Assembly (NCBI GenBank): GCA_951406725.2
Contig: OX597820.1
Coordinates: forward strand, 7,254,001-7,318,000
Direction: 5' to 3'
Source of the DNA: Octopus vulgaris
Taxonomy: Eukaryota
Length of the DNA: 64,000 bases
The notes below the pieces were generated by a model, which saw nothing but the letters and a program-made list of their open reading frames with translations, was not told where the DNA came from and did no database searches. Shown here in pieces: positions 1 to 14,359 of this stretch. A program made the position numbers and the translations under genes. Positions within the stretch are counted from its first letter, which is position 1. Each line of letters starts with the position of its first letter.

Positions 1-592
1 TGTGTATATACATATTTATACATACATAAATACGTACACACACATATATATATACATATGCAATGATATATATTATAAAGATGTGCACATAGGGACATAT
101 GCCCTTAATATATATATATATATGTGTGTGTGTGTGTATGTATATATCAGTAGAGAGTTACGTATATATAATTACAAATAAATGCCCATACCATATGTAC
201 CTATATATGCGCATATCTATATGTGTGTGTTACATACATACTCATTCACATAAATATATACGCACGCATTCATATATATCAACATACCTTTTTTTATTAC
301 TTTTCTCTATTTCGTTATATACGAATGCACACACACACACACACACACACACATTTACACACACACACACACACACACTTACACACACACGAACATATGT
401 TTTTTTTTTGTTAATTTTATGTTTTGTTATTTGTCTGTTGTATTTCTCGAATGAGTTCAATAAACGAAGCTACTGGCGACTTTATATTTCTAAGAGAATA
501 TTGTTGTCTTCGTTATTCTCTCTACTCTATCGGAAATAGTTCAAAAGAATCCACAGAAAATCGATACAGACCATCGAACGATCAGTAAACAG

Positions 593-723
<131 letters not shown>

Positions 724-985
724 GTACGTGTTTGTGTGTATGTGTGTCTGAGCCTGTCCTGACTGATGGAGAGATTGAACGACAAAGGCAGAAAACAAAG
801 GAACTATATGTGTGTGTGTGTTTATGTATATGTATATATATATATGCGTGTGTGTATACATATATGTATGTATATACATATATATAATTGTATATATACG
901 CACACACACACACACTATATATATATACGTGTGTGTATACATATATGTATGTATATACATATATATATATAATTGTATGTATACG

Positions 986-1054
<69 letters not shown>

Positions 1055-1185
1055 GTATATACGCATGCACAGAGTGAGAGAGAAACGCAATGAGTGGGAG
1101 AGAAATCAACAAATACATATTATATACATACATGTATGTCTTAGTACAATTTGTGTGTGTATATATATGTGTGTGCCTATATATA

Positions 1186-1221
<36 letters not shown>

Positions 1222-1540
1222 CGTATACACGTTTGCATGCAAGTGTGTGTGTGCGAGATTTAAAGATGGCGACGGAAAGTGAGACAAGACCAACTGAGTT
1301 GAGCAATGGAGAGAGAGAGAGAGAGGAGACCTATCGTGTGTTGTTACACAGTTTTGTGTCCAGAGTGTGGGCGCCACCGGATAAAATGTTTGGTGATGAT
1401 TCTTTGGACACTTCCATCTCACCTTAGTCTTGAGGATTTCGAGAATATTCTTTACAATATTATTTATCCATCTGTTAATTCTGAATAATTGTGCTTTGAA
1501 TAAATCCATCAGTCTTCTGTCAATATTAACTAATTATTTT

Positions 1541-1750
1541 CGGCGGCGAGCTGACAGAATCGTTACTGGGACGGAAAACTTTTGAACAGCATCTCGTGCG
1601 TGTTTATCCTCAGGGTTCAAATTCCGCTGAGGTCGACTTTCCTTCTTATCCTTTTGGTGTAGATAACATAAGTACCACTCAAACACTGTCGTCGGTGAAA
1701 TTAATTTGACCCACCCCGTAAAAATTGCTTGTAAATATTGCTTGAAGTTC
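1541..1750 (+). mobile_element. Old, diverged copy of SINE family A (tRNA-like head plus Nin/Deu-like central domain)
   Basis: cggcggcgagctgacagaatcgtta...ggttcaaattccgctgaggtcgactttcc...ataagtacc aligns to the young copy at 21309 but has a different 3' tail. Confidence 0.75.
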
Positions 1751-2803
1751 ATGAGAAGAAGAGAACGTTTAAATAATTACTTGACCTGGTTCGAATCGCA
1801 CGAATGGTGGGGATTCTATTTGGTCGCTCAACTTGGTAGTAATAGCAGACAAATGTCCCTCATATCGTACCATTATATCTTAGAAAAGGCGACATTATGC
1901 AAAATATCCTGTGTTTCTTTGCACCGTAGAATTAGGGTTTGGAATGTCTTTGAACTCAAATTTACCCAGCTCTCTCACCCCCTTTTAAACTTGGCACTGT
2001 ACAAAAACAGTGGCTAAGGTATGCATGAAAAAATCATCAGGTGGCTCATAGTTACCATATCTTTTATATCGTAGGTCTACACTCTGGGGACTACTTTGGG
2101 GTTAAACAACAAATTATTTGTTTTCGTTTCGATGCTTGTGTCTAAATATCAATGAGTTTGTGTGTTCACAAGTGTGTGTTGTGTGTACTTAATACTTTAA
2201 AATTTATTTCAATATCTACTCTGGGCTTCTCTCCTGTGCCTTATTTTACAGGTATCAATTAGTAAGCTAATGATTTGTTACCCTCCCTACGGATGTAATT
2301 TCGATTCAAATGTCACCACGTCCTCCAATTAGAACGCTAAGAGATTTCACATTTGGATCACGCCCTCTCCCGGCAGTTTATGTGCTATAAACCCGGATGA
2401 AATGTAATTAATGTATCATCCGCTTGTACCGCTGTAGTACGAGCAGACAGTTTCACGCGATTATAGAACACGGTTAGGAAACTTAGATTCTTGACATGCT
2501 CTTTTGTAAAACTGCCGGGTGCAGGCTAAAGGGAAACTATAACACCTTGCCTGATGATGGAGGAATACGAGATAGGAACAGCGAATTAATCATTTTCTCT
2601 ACTGAATAAGTGTGCGTGTGTGTGGATGCTTATATATGTGTTTATGAGAGCGAGAGGGGGGAACAGGGAGACAGAGAGTATGTGGGTGTGTGAATGTGTA
2701 TATATGTGTGTGCTACTAAATTGAAGAAAACACTAATATTTTACGCACAGTAAAACACACGTGTTTCGGCAAATCAACTGTAAGAACTTCCTCAGTGTTT
2801 AGC

Positions 2804-2867
<64 letters not shown>

Positions 2868-4185
2868 CCCATTAATGTATGTATATACCTACAGCCGTAT
2901 ATATATTAGGTATAGTTGATAGTTTGTAGTCCTCAAGTCTGCACCGAGTGTCCCTCCCATGAATGCATCAATTCCTTACATTGTATACAGCGAATTACTG
3001 TGTATCTAATGTCTCTATATACCCTCAATACACCCTTTCTATCGCATTATTTTTACCCAGTAAAGACAATGGATATTAAATTGTCATTATTGTCATTTGT
3101 AAACAAAAGTAATTGTTGAATATTAAGTTCGTAAAAATTATCTGAAATTAAACTTTCTTTTCAATCTAACATAAAGAGAAACCCAGAGAGAGAGAGAGAG
3201 AGAAAGAGAGGAGGGTGGAGGGTAGTAGGTTAGGCATAATTAAGGGATGGAGGGTGGAGAGGGAATTATAATAATTATTTGATTCACTCATTTATTTAAT
3301 AAACCATTGAAAATTTACGTCTTTTATTTTTGTTTATTTTTTTTCGAACTAAAATTCTTTCTAAAAAGTCATAAATATAACTATGGGAAATCTAAGCTTT
3401 GTTATTCGAATTTAATGGGATATTTTGATAGTGGAACCGACATTTATGGCAAATTTGGAGCCTAATTGTTTTATAAAAGACTATCAGCAAATATGCTTTC
3501 ATCTTAGATTTTTCTCTTTCCTTTTTTTGTTTTGTTTTGTTTTCCTGTACGGAAATGGCGTTCCAAACACGATTTAGCTAACTTAAATATTATTAAATGG
3601 TATTTATTCCGAATCTTTCACAATTCTAAACTTTCTTAAGTTACCATTTAGTTAAGAGCATATTCTTAGACAGTCTCAATAATGGCTAGAATGTTATTTT
3701 TTAAATATTTTTTTCTTTTCAAACGCTGAATGAATTTTAATCTTAAAAGGTTTCACATCGGACTGAAAACTTCACATATTTTAGCTTAATGTTTTATTTA
3801 TCCAATGTTTTGATTTTCACTGAGTGTATTGCCGTCTTTCCTGATTTAATCGTAGCTGTTATTTAGCCCTAGGACAGTACTTTTCGGGGAGTCCCATGAT
3901 TAAAAACATTAAAACAGTAACCATCACAACTTCTTTGTTGTTTAACTAAATGTATCTACGACTATATTATCGGCTGTGCACTTATTTTGAGGTAGTATAG
4001 GTTAATTTAATAAAACTAGTTTAGTTCCTGAGTGCACAGAAAGAAATGTTTGAGATTTTAGAGAATTAAAGGCCAAGCATTCAAGAAGCAATGTCGTGCT
4101 TTATTCTCCGCTGGTTCTACAAAGAGTAATAAATGAAAGTAAATATAGATTTTCATCAAAGGTCTTCGAGATTAAGTTTGAGATA

Positions 4186-4290
4186 GGGCGAAATGCTTAG
4201 CGGTATTTCGTCTGCCGTTACGTTCTGAGGTCAAATTCCGCCGAGGTCGACTTTACCTTTCATCCTTTCGGAGTCGATAAATTAAGTACC
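4186..4290 (+). mobile_element. SINE family A fragment
   Basis: gggcgaaatgcttagcggtatttcgtctgccg...gtcgataaattaagtacc is near-identical to 8155-8290. Confidence 0.85.
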
Positions 4291-5223
4291 ATGTCTCTAT
4301 CCTGGACGTAATAGCAGCAAAATCTGCCTCACATTACAATTTTGAGAAGGAAGAATGTTTGGGACAATGAAGGTTATAGCAATACAAACCGATAGGGTGG
4401 CCACTACTGAGAAAAAAAAAAAAAAAGACAGAACCCTGAATACGAACCGATCGGTAAGTTAGGACTTGAAATCCAATCACACTTTTTTATTTATAGATAT
4501 TTTTCTCATTCCAGATGCAAGAACACATTTGAACTTTTACTCCTGCTGGGGACATAGACGCGTTGCTCAGATTCTCATTTCTTAAAACACTTGAATTTGC
4601 GTTCGATCCCAAAGAGCGGTAACTTGCGTTATTCTCTTATTGCATAAGAGTTTAGCTCGATCAATAACTTGTGTGCAAAATGTGCTAGACAGGAACATTG
4701 CCGAAGCCTACACACACACACACACACACCACTCACTATACACACACACGTACACTAATAGCGTAATCAAAGGAAGAAGGAGAGTGCTCAAGATATCGAA
4801 GGCGGTGCCTCTCTATAACTAAAGTCTAATGCCTGAAAACATTAAAAGAAGCATAAGAGAAGCTGCGAAATTATTATCTTTTTCTTTTCTATTTAATACA
4901 TTTACACACATGTATGAAATACCATGTATCACAGCGCCACCTACACCGCTAGTCTACATCGTATCATTCCTCAACCATGATTTCTAGTGGAGGCACATGA
5001 CATGATAGGAGTTAGCATTCGGTGTGTAAAACTGTAATAAAACTGGTATATTCTGCAAGTCATAAACAGCGGCAATGTGAAGTTATTAATAAATTGGTTA
5101 CATAAAAGCGCCACTTGCTCCCTGTTGCACCCCAATAAAGGTTTATGGGAAAACCAATGCCAAACACACACACGCCATTATATAAGGAAATGCAGTTAGA
5201 GACACACTAACAAATTTGTTTAG

Positions 5224-5262
<39 letters not shown>

Positions 5263-5304
5263 CATATATACACATGCACAACGCGCGCACACATATACGC
5301 CTTA

Positions 5305-5346
<42 letters not shown>

Positions 5347-5424
5347 TAGTGTATATATTTATATGAAAGGAATATACATGTGTTGGGGATATATTTTTAA
5401 GCTTTATGCACTGGCGGGAGGTGA

Positions 5425-5458
<34 letters not shown>

Positions 5459-5855
5459 GGAGGGAGAGAAAGAGTGAGAGATGACTTTATAGATATGCCC
5501 ATTGAACCGATATCCATACATGTGTGTGTGTGATTGTGTTTGCGTGTGTATACTTCTGCAGATTATTTCTACATAACCGTATATCTGTCTATATTGATTA
5601 TTTCATGAATATACACATTTACATAAACTTATTATATTGCAAATACATATACATACATACATATATATACTGATATATATGAATGGATGTGTATAAATAT
5701 ATTTCAGCATTGTAAGTGAATAAATGCATTTATACACATGGAATGATTTATATTCTGCATGTATTACTTCATCCTTTAAAGACAAATAAACCTACACACA
5801 CACACACACACACCTATGTATACATATATATATTTACATATGCCTCTGTGTCTAT

Positions 5856-5933
<78 letters not shown>

Positions 5934-5943
5934 CCCCCCAAAC

Positions 5944-5992
<49 letters not shown>

Positions 5993-6074
5993 TATGTGCG
6001 TATATAAACCTAAAAGTATATTTGAACATACAAGCGCATATATACTTAAGTGTATATATGTACACAGCATTTTA

Positions 6075-6116
<42 letters not shown>

Positions 6117-6282
6117 GTTTCTTTTGACACTATTGACTAAAAAGAGAAAGGAAGATGGCCGTCTTGGTCTAATTAATCATTGAGTAATAATACAAAAGGG
6201 GGGAAAAGTGTAAAGAAAATAGGTTAGGTATAGCTCAAGCAGAGTGCGAGTCACCCACGAAGGAGCGGTGCCATGTAGGAAA

Positions 6283-6460
6283 GCGGCAGGAGTGGCTATG
6301 TGGTAAGTAGCTTGCTTACCAACCACATGGTTCCGGGTTCGCTCCCACTACGTGGATCTTTGGGTAAATGTCTTTGGTTAGCCTCGGGCTAACCAAAGCC
6401 TTGTGAGTGGATTTGGTTGACGAAAACTGAAAGAAGACCGTCGTATGTATATATTTATAT
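6283..6460 (+). mobile_element. SINE family B, 5' half (tRNA-like head plus CORE-like region)
   Basis: A-box-like tggctatgtgg, B-box-like gggttcgctccc, then ...aaactgaaagaag; matches 40196-40380. Confidence 0.85.
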
Positions 6461-6620
6461 GTCAAAATAAGCAACAAGGATATCCGAGGTAGAGTTATAC
6501 AATTGTTTCATGCTACTTCATTTTATTAAACACTGTAAGTATTACATCAGTTTTAAAATGTCGAACAATCTTCAGCTACTTATAGAATTTGCCAATTAAA
6601 CGGACAATGCACATTCTTAT

Positions 6621-6654
<34 letters not shown>

Positions 6655-7544
6655 ACATGCACTCACACACACACATACATACATATATATATGCATGGAT
6701 AGATAGATATACCACAATTACATGAAAGTATTGAAATAATCTCATCACTATACGTGTGTAACCCTAACCCTAGAACAACCTCGTGGCAACTATGATTATG
6801 ATTTCAGCCACTGATTATAACCGGCACCCCACCCCTAATTCTAAAGCATTTTTATATGTGCCAGTGCACGAAACTGTCCACCTTTGTGCAACTTCTGCCG
6901 ATTAAGTAAAACTATATACCTTCTCCCACGCACACGTACGCATACAAACATGCAAACATGCACGCATATACCTGTGTATATAAAATGACAAAACAATACC
7001 GGAGATACTTTGTAATCTATTTAGTCACATCATCTTACTGATATTTCATTAACACACTGTGACTATTTCATACAAAATGTAAAATGAATAATCAAGATTT
7101 ACTCTCAAATCATCAGAGGCGGGAAACTTGCATACGTAGCATTAGTGTACGGAAAAGTTGATGTATAAATATAGTATATTCAGTGTGGCAGTCGCCGTGA
7201 CCGAATAAGTATAGATATGTATGTTTATCTTGTCTTTTTAATCTTGGTCAAATTTTGAGAGGCCACCTCCTTAATACGAACGTTCTAAATGAAAACATCT
7301 TGTTTTGACGATCAGTTTTTAAATCTTAGGAAGTTCTAGTAGAATTTTATAGTCCCAGACGTCGTGATCATTTTTAGCGTAAGAATTATAAATTTGCTTT
7401 CTCTCTCCAAGGCGTCAAGTCCAGCCATACTTTGCTCCAGACGGGGTGGTATGTATCCTGTGGTTCCAACCGTAATAAATTTGAACCTCGAAAGTGTATG
7501 CATATTTGTATGTATCCATGTATGTATGTGTGTATAGCCTAATA

Positions 7545-7891
7545 GTGAAGGCGCATGGCTCAGTGGTTAGAGCGTTGAGCTTACGATCATGAGATTGTGA
7601 GTTCGATTCCCGGACCGGGCTGAGTGTTGTGTTCTTGAGCAAGACACTTTATTTCCCGTTGCTCCAGTTAACTCATCTGTTGAAATGAGTTGCGTTATCA
7701 CTGGTGCCAAGCTGTATCGGCCCCTTTGCCTTTCCCTTGGATAACATCAGTGGTGTAGAGAGGAGAGGCTGGTATGTATGGGTGACTGCTGGTCTTCCAT
7801 AAACAACCTTGCGCGGACTTGTGCCTCGGAGGGTAACTTTCTAGGTGCAATCCCATGGTCAGTCTCGTGACCGAAAGGGGTCACCTCTTCC
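7545..7891 (+). mobile_element. SINE family C (tRNA-derived head, CORE-like cttgagcaagacactt domain)
   Basis: A box tggctcagtggttagagc, B box gagttcgattccc, about 270 nt non-tRNA body; flanked by the near-repeat ata(g/t)cctaata, a likely TSD. Confidence 0.85.
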
Positions 7892-8154
7892 ATATCCTAA
7901 TATACAGAATACCACGCAGTACACGGTGTGCTTCCTCATATATCTGACACTACTTAACGAACACAGACTCTTAATGATATTTAATAAACAGAAGCATCAT
8001 TTATGATTTGAACCCTAAATACTGCCATACAAGCACACGCGAAAATACTTTACTCTGCATAAAACACTAAAAACTTTACAACACAAATACAAACGCATGC
8101 GCACGACGTTCACGCTTATCATAAAGAATTTCTCAAATGTACGTCTGCTTCAAA

Positions 8155-8365
8155 GGCTGTGAGCTGGCAGAACCGTTAGCACGCCGGGTGAAATGCTTAG
8201 CAGTATTTCGTCTGCCGCTACGTTCTGAGTTCAAATTCCGCCGTGGTCGAGTTTGCCTTTCATCCTTTCGGGGTCGATAAATTAAGTACCATCGACTTAA
8301 TCCGTTTGTCTGTCCTTGTTTGTCCTCTCTGTGTTTAGCCCCTTGTGGGTAGTAAAGAAATAGGT
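8155..8365 (+). mobile_element. SINE family A monomer with a small internal deletion
   Basis: Full head gagctggcagaaccgttagcacgccggg, Nin-like domain, tail ...gccccttgtgggtagtaaagaaataggt. Confidence 0.9.
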
Positions 8366-8792
8366 ACACTATGTAATACACGCGTATAACATAGTTGCTG
8401 GTTCTACAAATATTTCCCCGTTGCAGTAATCAATGTTACATTATCTGTCGTAATTAAATGACTAGAATTACCAAAAACATGATTCAAAGTGAAAGAATGG
8501 ATGTAAATCAGAGTAAGGTATTCTTTGAGAAATAATCAAAGAATTTTGGAAAGATATAATTATAGGATTTTATGCCATTGTAATAATTTTGTATACGTCA
8601 CACATATAGTTCTACATACACACAGCCATACATATATATGTACAGATATTCATGCATACATACATACATATATGTGTGTGTGTGTGTAAATGTATATAAG
8701 TATGTGTATATGTATATATATATGCGTGTGTATATGTATATATATGTATGTGTGTGTGTATAAGTATATATATATATGTGCGTGTATAAGTG

Positions 8793-8836
<44 letters not shown>

Positions 8837-8962
8837 AGTGTGTGTGTATATATGTGTATATATATATATATATATAGGCATACACATGTATACGCGTGAG
8901 TGCATGTGTTCCTCTGTATATTTCAAACCCTGAAAGACGTGTGCGCATGCGCACGCGTGTGT

Positions 8963-9376
<414 letters not shown>

Positions 9377-9659
9377 CTAGGAATGGGAATAGGTATGTAT
9401 AGACATATCTGCAAGCTGATATTTACGAGGTGGAAATATTCCACGGGAATGCAGCAGAATGTTGGAATAGTTTGTGCCGTTAATATAAATTACCATCGAG
9501 TCCAATGCTTAACTATGGAATTACTAATTTCACTGAGAAGAGATTTAGTTGTTTCATAATTACTGGTTCTTTATTAAAGTTATATAACCTTTTCTAACGT
9601 ATTACCCGATATTAAACACACACACGATAACCAGTACAGAATCGGAATATCGTATATAT

Positions 9660-10075
9660 ATATTTCTTTACTGCCCACAAGGGGCTAGACACAGAGAGGA
9701 CAAACAATGACAGACAAACGGATTAAGTCGATTATTTCGGCCCCAGTGCGTAACTGGTACTTATCTAATCGATCTCGAAAGGATGAAAGGCAAAGTTGAC
9801 CTCGGCGGAATTTGAACTCAGAACGTAGCGGCAGACGAAATACCTATTTCTTTATTACCCACAAGGGGCTAAACATAGAGGGGACAAACAAGGACAGACA
9901 TAGGTATTAAGTCGATTACATCGACCCCAGTGCGGAACTGGTACTTAATTTATCGACCCCGAAAGGATGAAAGGCAAAGTCGATCTCAGCGGAATTTGAA
10001 CTCAGAACGTAGCGGCAGACGAAATGCCGCTAGGCATTTCGCCCGGCGTGCTAACGGCTCTGCCAGCTCGCCGCC
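9660..10075 (-). mobile_element. SINE family A dimer (head plus two bodies)
   Basis: Two tandem bodies joined at about 9841; whole unit flanked by the 11-bp direct repeat atcgtatatat (9649-9659 and 10080-10090). Confidence 0.9.
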
Positions 10076-10162
10076 AAGCATCGTATATATCGGTAATTAA
10101 CAGTATCATTAGTCGGGATTAATGTGTGTGAAGGGGTGGGGTATGTTGCTGTATATGTATAT

Positions 10163-10465
10163 CACGTGATCACGTGACCGACCAGACCATCAAATGTTGT
10201 TACACATCGCTGGTCACAATGCGTTCGCATTGTTTTAGCCTTCGAATGACGCCACCCCGCTGGCTAAGCGAGCAGGCGAACAGAAGAAAGAGTGGGAGAA
10301 AGAGTGGTGAAAGAGTACAGCAGGAATCACCACCCCCTGCTGGAGCCTCGTGGAGCTTTTAGGTGTTTTGGCTCAATAAACACTCACAACGCCCGGTCTT
10401 GGAATCGAAACCGCGATCCTGCGACCGCGAGTCCGCTGCCCTAACCACTAGGCCATTGCGCCTCC
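10163..10465 (-). mobile_element. tRNA-derived SINE family D, tail variant 1 (resembles the octopus OR-type SINEs)
   Basis: Head ggaggcgcaatggcctagtggttagggcagcggactcg...ggtttcgattcc; 12-bp TSD gtatatgtatat at 10151-10162 and 10466-10477. The family name is from memory, not verified. Confidence 0.85.
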
Positions 10466-10814
10466 GTATATGTATATGCGTGTAAGTATTGGATTAATGG
10501 AACACACGAACGTAGCAATCTGAAATATCAGACACTCCAGTCTGCCATCTAAATGGTGATAACAGCCTGTTATCACGTGGTACGTAACGCGTGTAACATA
10601 AGATATGATGTCACTAAGATGGCGGAAACTACCAGGTAACGTGACCCAAGCAATGGACGTCAATTTTTATCTCTCTTTTCCCTGACGACCACTGTCTGAT
10701 GACGCGGACAAGAAATACACCTACAAAACTCTGTGTGTGTGTGAGCGCGCGCGTATATGTGCGTGCGCACGCGTATGTATATGTATAAAGAGGAAGAGAG
10801 AGAGTGGATATAGA

Positions 10815-10850
<36 letters not shown>

Positions 10851-11319
10851 TATGATGACTGTCCACTCGTTACTGAGAGGGACCATTACTGACGAGTGCC
10901 CATGCAAAATGCCAGCAGTACCCGTGCATAAGTTTAATACACCAGCCGTCAGCTTCACTCGAGTTCGTATCTGCAGCTTTCACACTCATCGTAAATGCCC
11001 TCCCCTACTCGACCGGGATTGCACAACCTAACATTTTAGATCCTGTAAGGCTTGAAAAGAACCCCAGAGACTCTCCTCGCCCTGTTGACATGTTTCCGAG
11101 ATGAGCCAGTGCAAGATATTCAGTTTGAATACGGGTCGCAAAATGTTCCGTATATGTCGACGTACGAGGGTCAAGTTGTTGGATAAACTTAGTGATGTAG
11201 CTGAGTATTCCGTAGGCACATAACGGGTTCATTGTTTCTTTTTTTTTTTTTTGTAATTCTCGAGTATGATTAGCGCAACCCAATGTGGAACGGATAGACA
11301 TTCAACTCCAGGCTGCAGT

Positions 11320-11482
11320 CCATTCGAAACCGTTTCCACCTACTCAAATTTCCTGAACTTGCCTTAGTTCGACTCGACGTTATTCTAACAAAAGCTTGGG
11401 TCAAGATGCCGTACAGTGGAATCGACACCGGAACCTAATGCTTGCGAAGGAAACTTCTCGCGTAGAAAACCACACAGCCATT
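11320..11482 (-). mobile_element. Highly diverged family-B-like SINE head
   Basis: Minus strand reads atggctgtgtgg...ggttccggtgtcgattccactgtacggcatcttg. Confidence 0.55.
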
Positions 11483-12589
11483 TCTCGATCAACACAGGCA
11501 TACCTATCGACACACAGACACATGTGTGCATGTGATGTTTGCCTTTAAAATCTATATCTCAATTTAATCTCCCTACTCTGTATGTTTAAGTCTCTCTGCT
11601 TATAGCAGACATCTTTTTTACTCTCTCCATCTCTCTTGACACACACACACACACAATTATATGCAAGTACACCTCTCTCACTCCTCATCTCTTTGTCGAT
11701 ATATATATCTACCTGTCTATCTACCTAGCTATCTCTGTATCTATCACTTTCGCAAACCCTCTTCAAATAATCATCTCTCTTCACATATATCTATCATTGA
11801 TCTCTCCGCTCAATAGATACTCTTTTGCATCAGCGACACCAGCATCACCGTCCGCATCTTCCTCTCCGCCACGCCTACGTCTCTTTCCCCATCCAACCCC
11901 CAAAATATCACCACTGCCAACAATAACAGCAACAAGAACAACAACAAAGGTAACAGCCCAAAAACAACAACTACAACAACGGTAAGCTTTAATAACAAAT
12001 CAGGGGAAAATTTAGCAACAAAATAACAGTTGAGACAACAACAACAACAACTGCTTCAACACTTTTAAGAGCAACAACACTAGCAAAATCAACAACAGCA
12101 GATGCAGCAATACAAAAACGACAACAGCAGCAACAACAACAACATTCATAAACAAGCAGTGAGTTATATACGTTGCGTGGTGTCTAGTCCAAATTCTATG
12201 GACTGGAATACCATGTTGCGTGGTTAGAACCAAACATTTTCCATCGAATATTATTATTACTAGCAATCACCAATAGAAATCTGGCAACCCCCACTCCGCC
12301 TTCACCCTCACATCACCAATAGATATCTAACTCTCTCCTCTTCCCACAACCACCACCACCTTCTCCTCTTCGTCAATACATATCTTCCATTTCAAGTACA
12401 TCTGAACATGGAGCCATTGTATTGCAACAAGACACAACACAAACCTACTTATATTCTTCTGATATTAGATTTAAATTCATTCTCTGATGCCAATTCTTCC
12501 TCTCACTCTCTCACTCTCTCCCTTACCCTCTCTTTTTCTCACTCCGTATGCATACATACACCCATACACCTATACATGTATACGTAAAT

Positions 12590-12954
12590 ATGTATGTATA
12601 TATATATATTAATCATGTATATAAAGAGAGGGAGAGAAAAAGACTGCAACACAGATAATCTATATCTATATATGCCTGTGTGTATATATATATATGCATA
12701 TACATACATATACATATATATACATATATATACATATACATATATATACATATATATACATATATATACATATATACATATACATATGTATACATATACA
12801 TACATATATATACATATACATACATATACATATATATACATATACATATATATACATATACATATATATACATATACATATATATACATATACATACATA
12901 TACATATATATACATATACATATATATACATATACATATATATACATATGTATA

Positions 12955-12986
<32 letters not shown>

Positions 12987-13140
12987 ATTATATATATATG
13001 TATAAAATTATATATATATATATATACATGTATATATATATGTATATATATATATATATATATATACATGCATACATATATGTATATAATTATATATATA
13101 TATATGTATAAAATTATATATATATGTATGTATGTATATG
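12590..13140. repeat. Compound (TA)n/(TACA)n low-complexity tract
   Basis: Direct inspection. Confidence 0.95.
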
Positions 13141-14199
13141 TCATTACTTTCAGTGTATCAACTTACCCACTTTCACATAGTTACATTAATGCGAACTTGC
13201 AGACTGCCCAGTGTTGTATATATTTATGTGTGCGTGCGTGTTTCTGCATATGTGTATGTCCGTGTATGTATGTGTGTGTGTGTGTGTATGTGTGCAATTA
13301 TAAAACTTTTCCCAATCTATGTTAATATTAGCTTCAAGAAACTTAACGTGGTTCGATAAATAACATCTTCAGACGGAGGTTGACATCTCGTTGTCTATAA
13401 TTCTGCAAAAGTGTGTTCGTCATCATATACATCCGTACACTCACACATGCATCTAGAAACATTCTTACATGCTTAAATAAATATATATTCAAGCACAAAT
13501 ATGTTTGTAAGTACATATGTGTATTTTTTTATGGGAACTATAATGCTGCTAACCAAATTTCTACGGCGTATAAGCATGGGACGCCCGTGCTTTAATGGGT
13601 TCAAGGCTTGAAATCTTGAATGGGAGCACCGACCACAGTTATTGAATCCTACTTTATTTTATCGACTTCGAAAGGATGAAAAGGCAATGTTGGCCTCACC
13701 GGGATTTGAACTCAGAACGTAAGGCGCCAGATGAAATTTCTTAAAGCAATTAATCCACGAGTTATCATAAATTATTCAATTTTTGAAATTTTTTTCTTCT
13801 GAATTCTTCAGAGATATTTGTTAGCGACGCGCAAGGGGAAGGGGAGAGAATTTAGCAATAAATGATATCTTTGAGAAAAATTACATGCTATGGGAAGAAA
13901 TCTATGGAAGTATCTTTCAAAATTCATACATCATGAAAAATTTACAGATATCCGATCCTTCGGATGTGAAACTTTAAAATTCTGCTACGGACTAAATTAT
14001 CTTCAAGAGAAAAGTATTGTAAACAATACTGCCCTAGCAACTTATATAATTTTGTTTTTAATAGTTACTTATTATTGATATTGCATTTAAGAAAATTGTG
14101 CATATATTAAACTAGGAGCTTATGTGTGGATACGTAAAGTCTTAATTCATACCAATTTCTTCCAAACAAGAAATTACTTAGTCCTCAAAACTATACGTA

Positions 14200-14284
<85 letters not shown>

Positions 14285-14359
14285 TATGTGTGTGTTTGTG
14301 TGTATGTGTGTGTGTGTTCATACATATGTATTTATGTATGTATGTTTTGTAATTGGATA

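Noticed and set aside
1267-1427. Possible first coding exon (aagATGGCG, MATESETRPTELSNGE...)
   Set aside because: It runs through a (GA)n tract to a stop after about 53 codons, with no convincing splice donor or recognisable homology; the motif could equally be a YY1 site.
4932-4946. CTCF-like motifs (cagcgccacctac here; tagatggcgctg at about 53076)
   Set aside because: Partial matches to a short motif; not distinguishable from chance without ChIP or conservation data.
6759-6773. Telomeric repeat (taaccc)x2
   Set aside because: Only two units; too short to call an interstitial telomere.
7550-7620. tRNA gene calls for the A/B-box sequences at 7550, 10395-10465, 32690 and the family A/B heads
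   Set aside because: Each continues into a repeated SINE body, several with TSDs, and none gives a clean cloverleaf; they are SINE heads.
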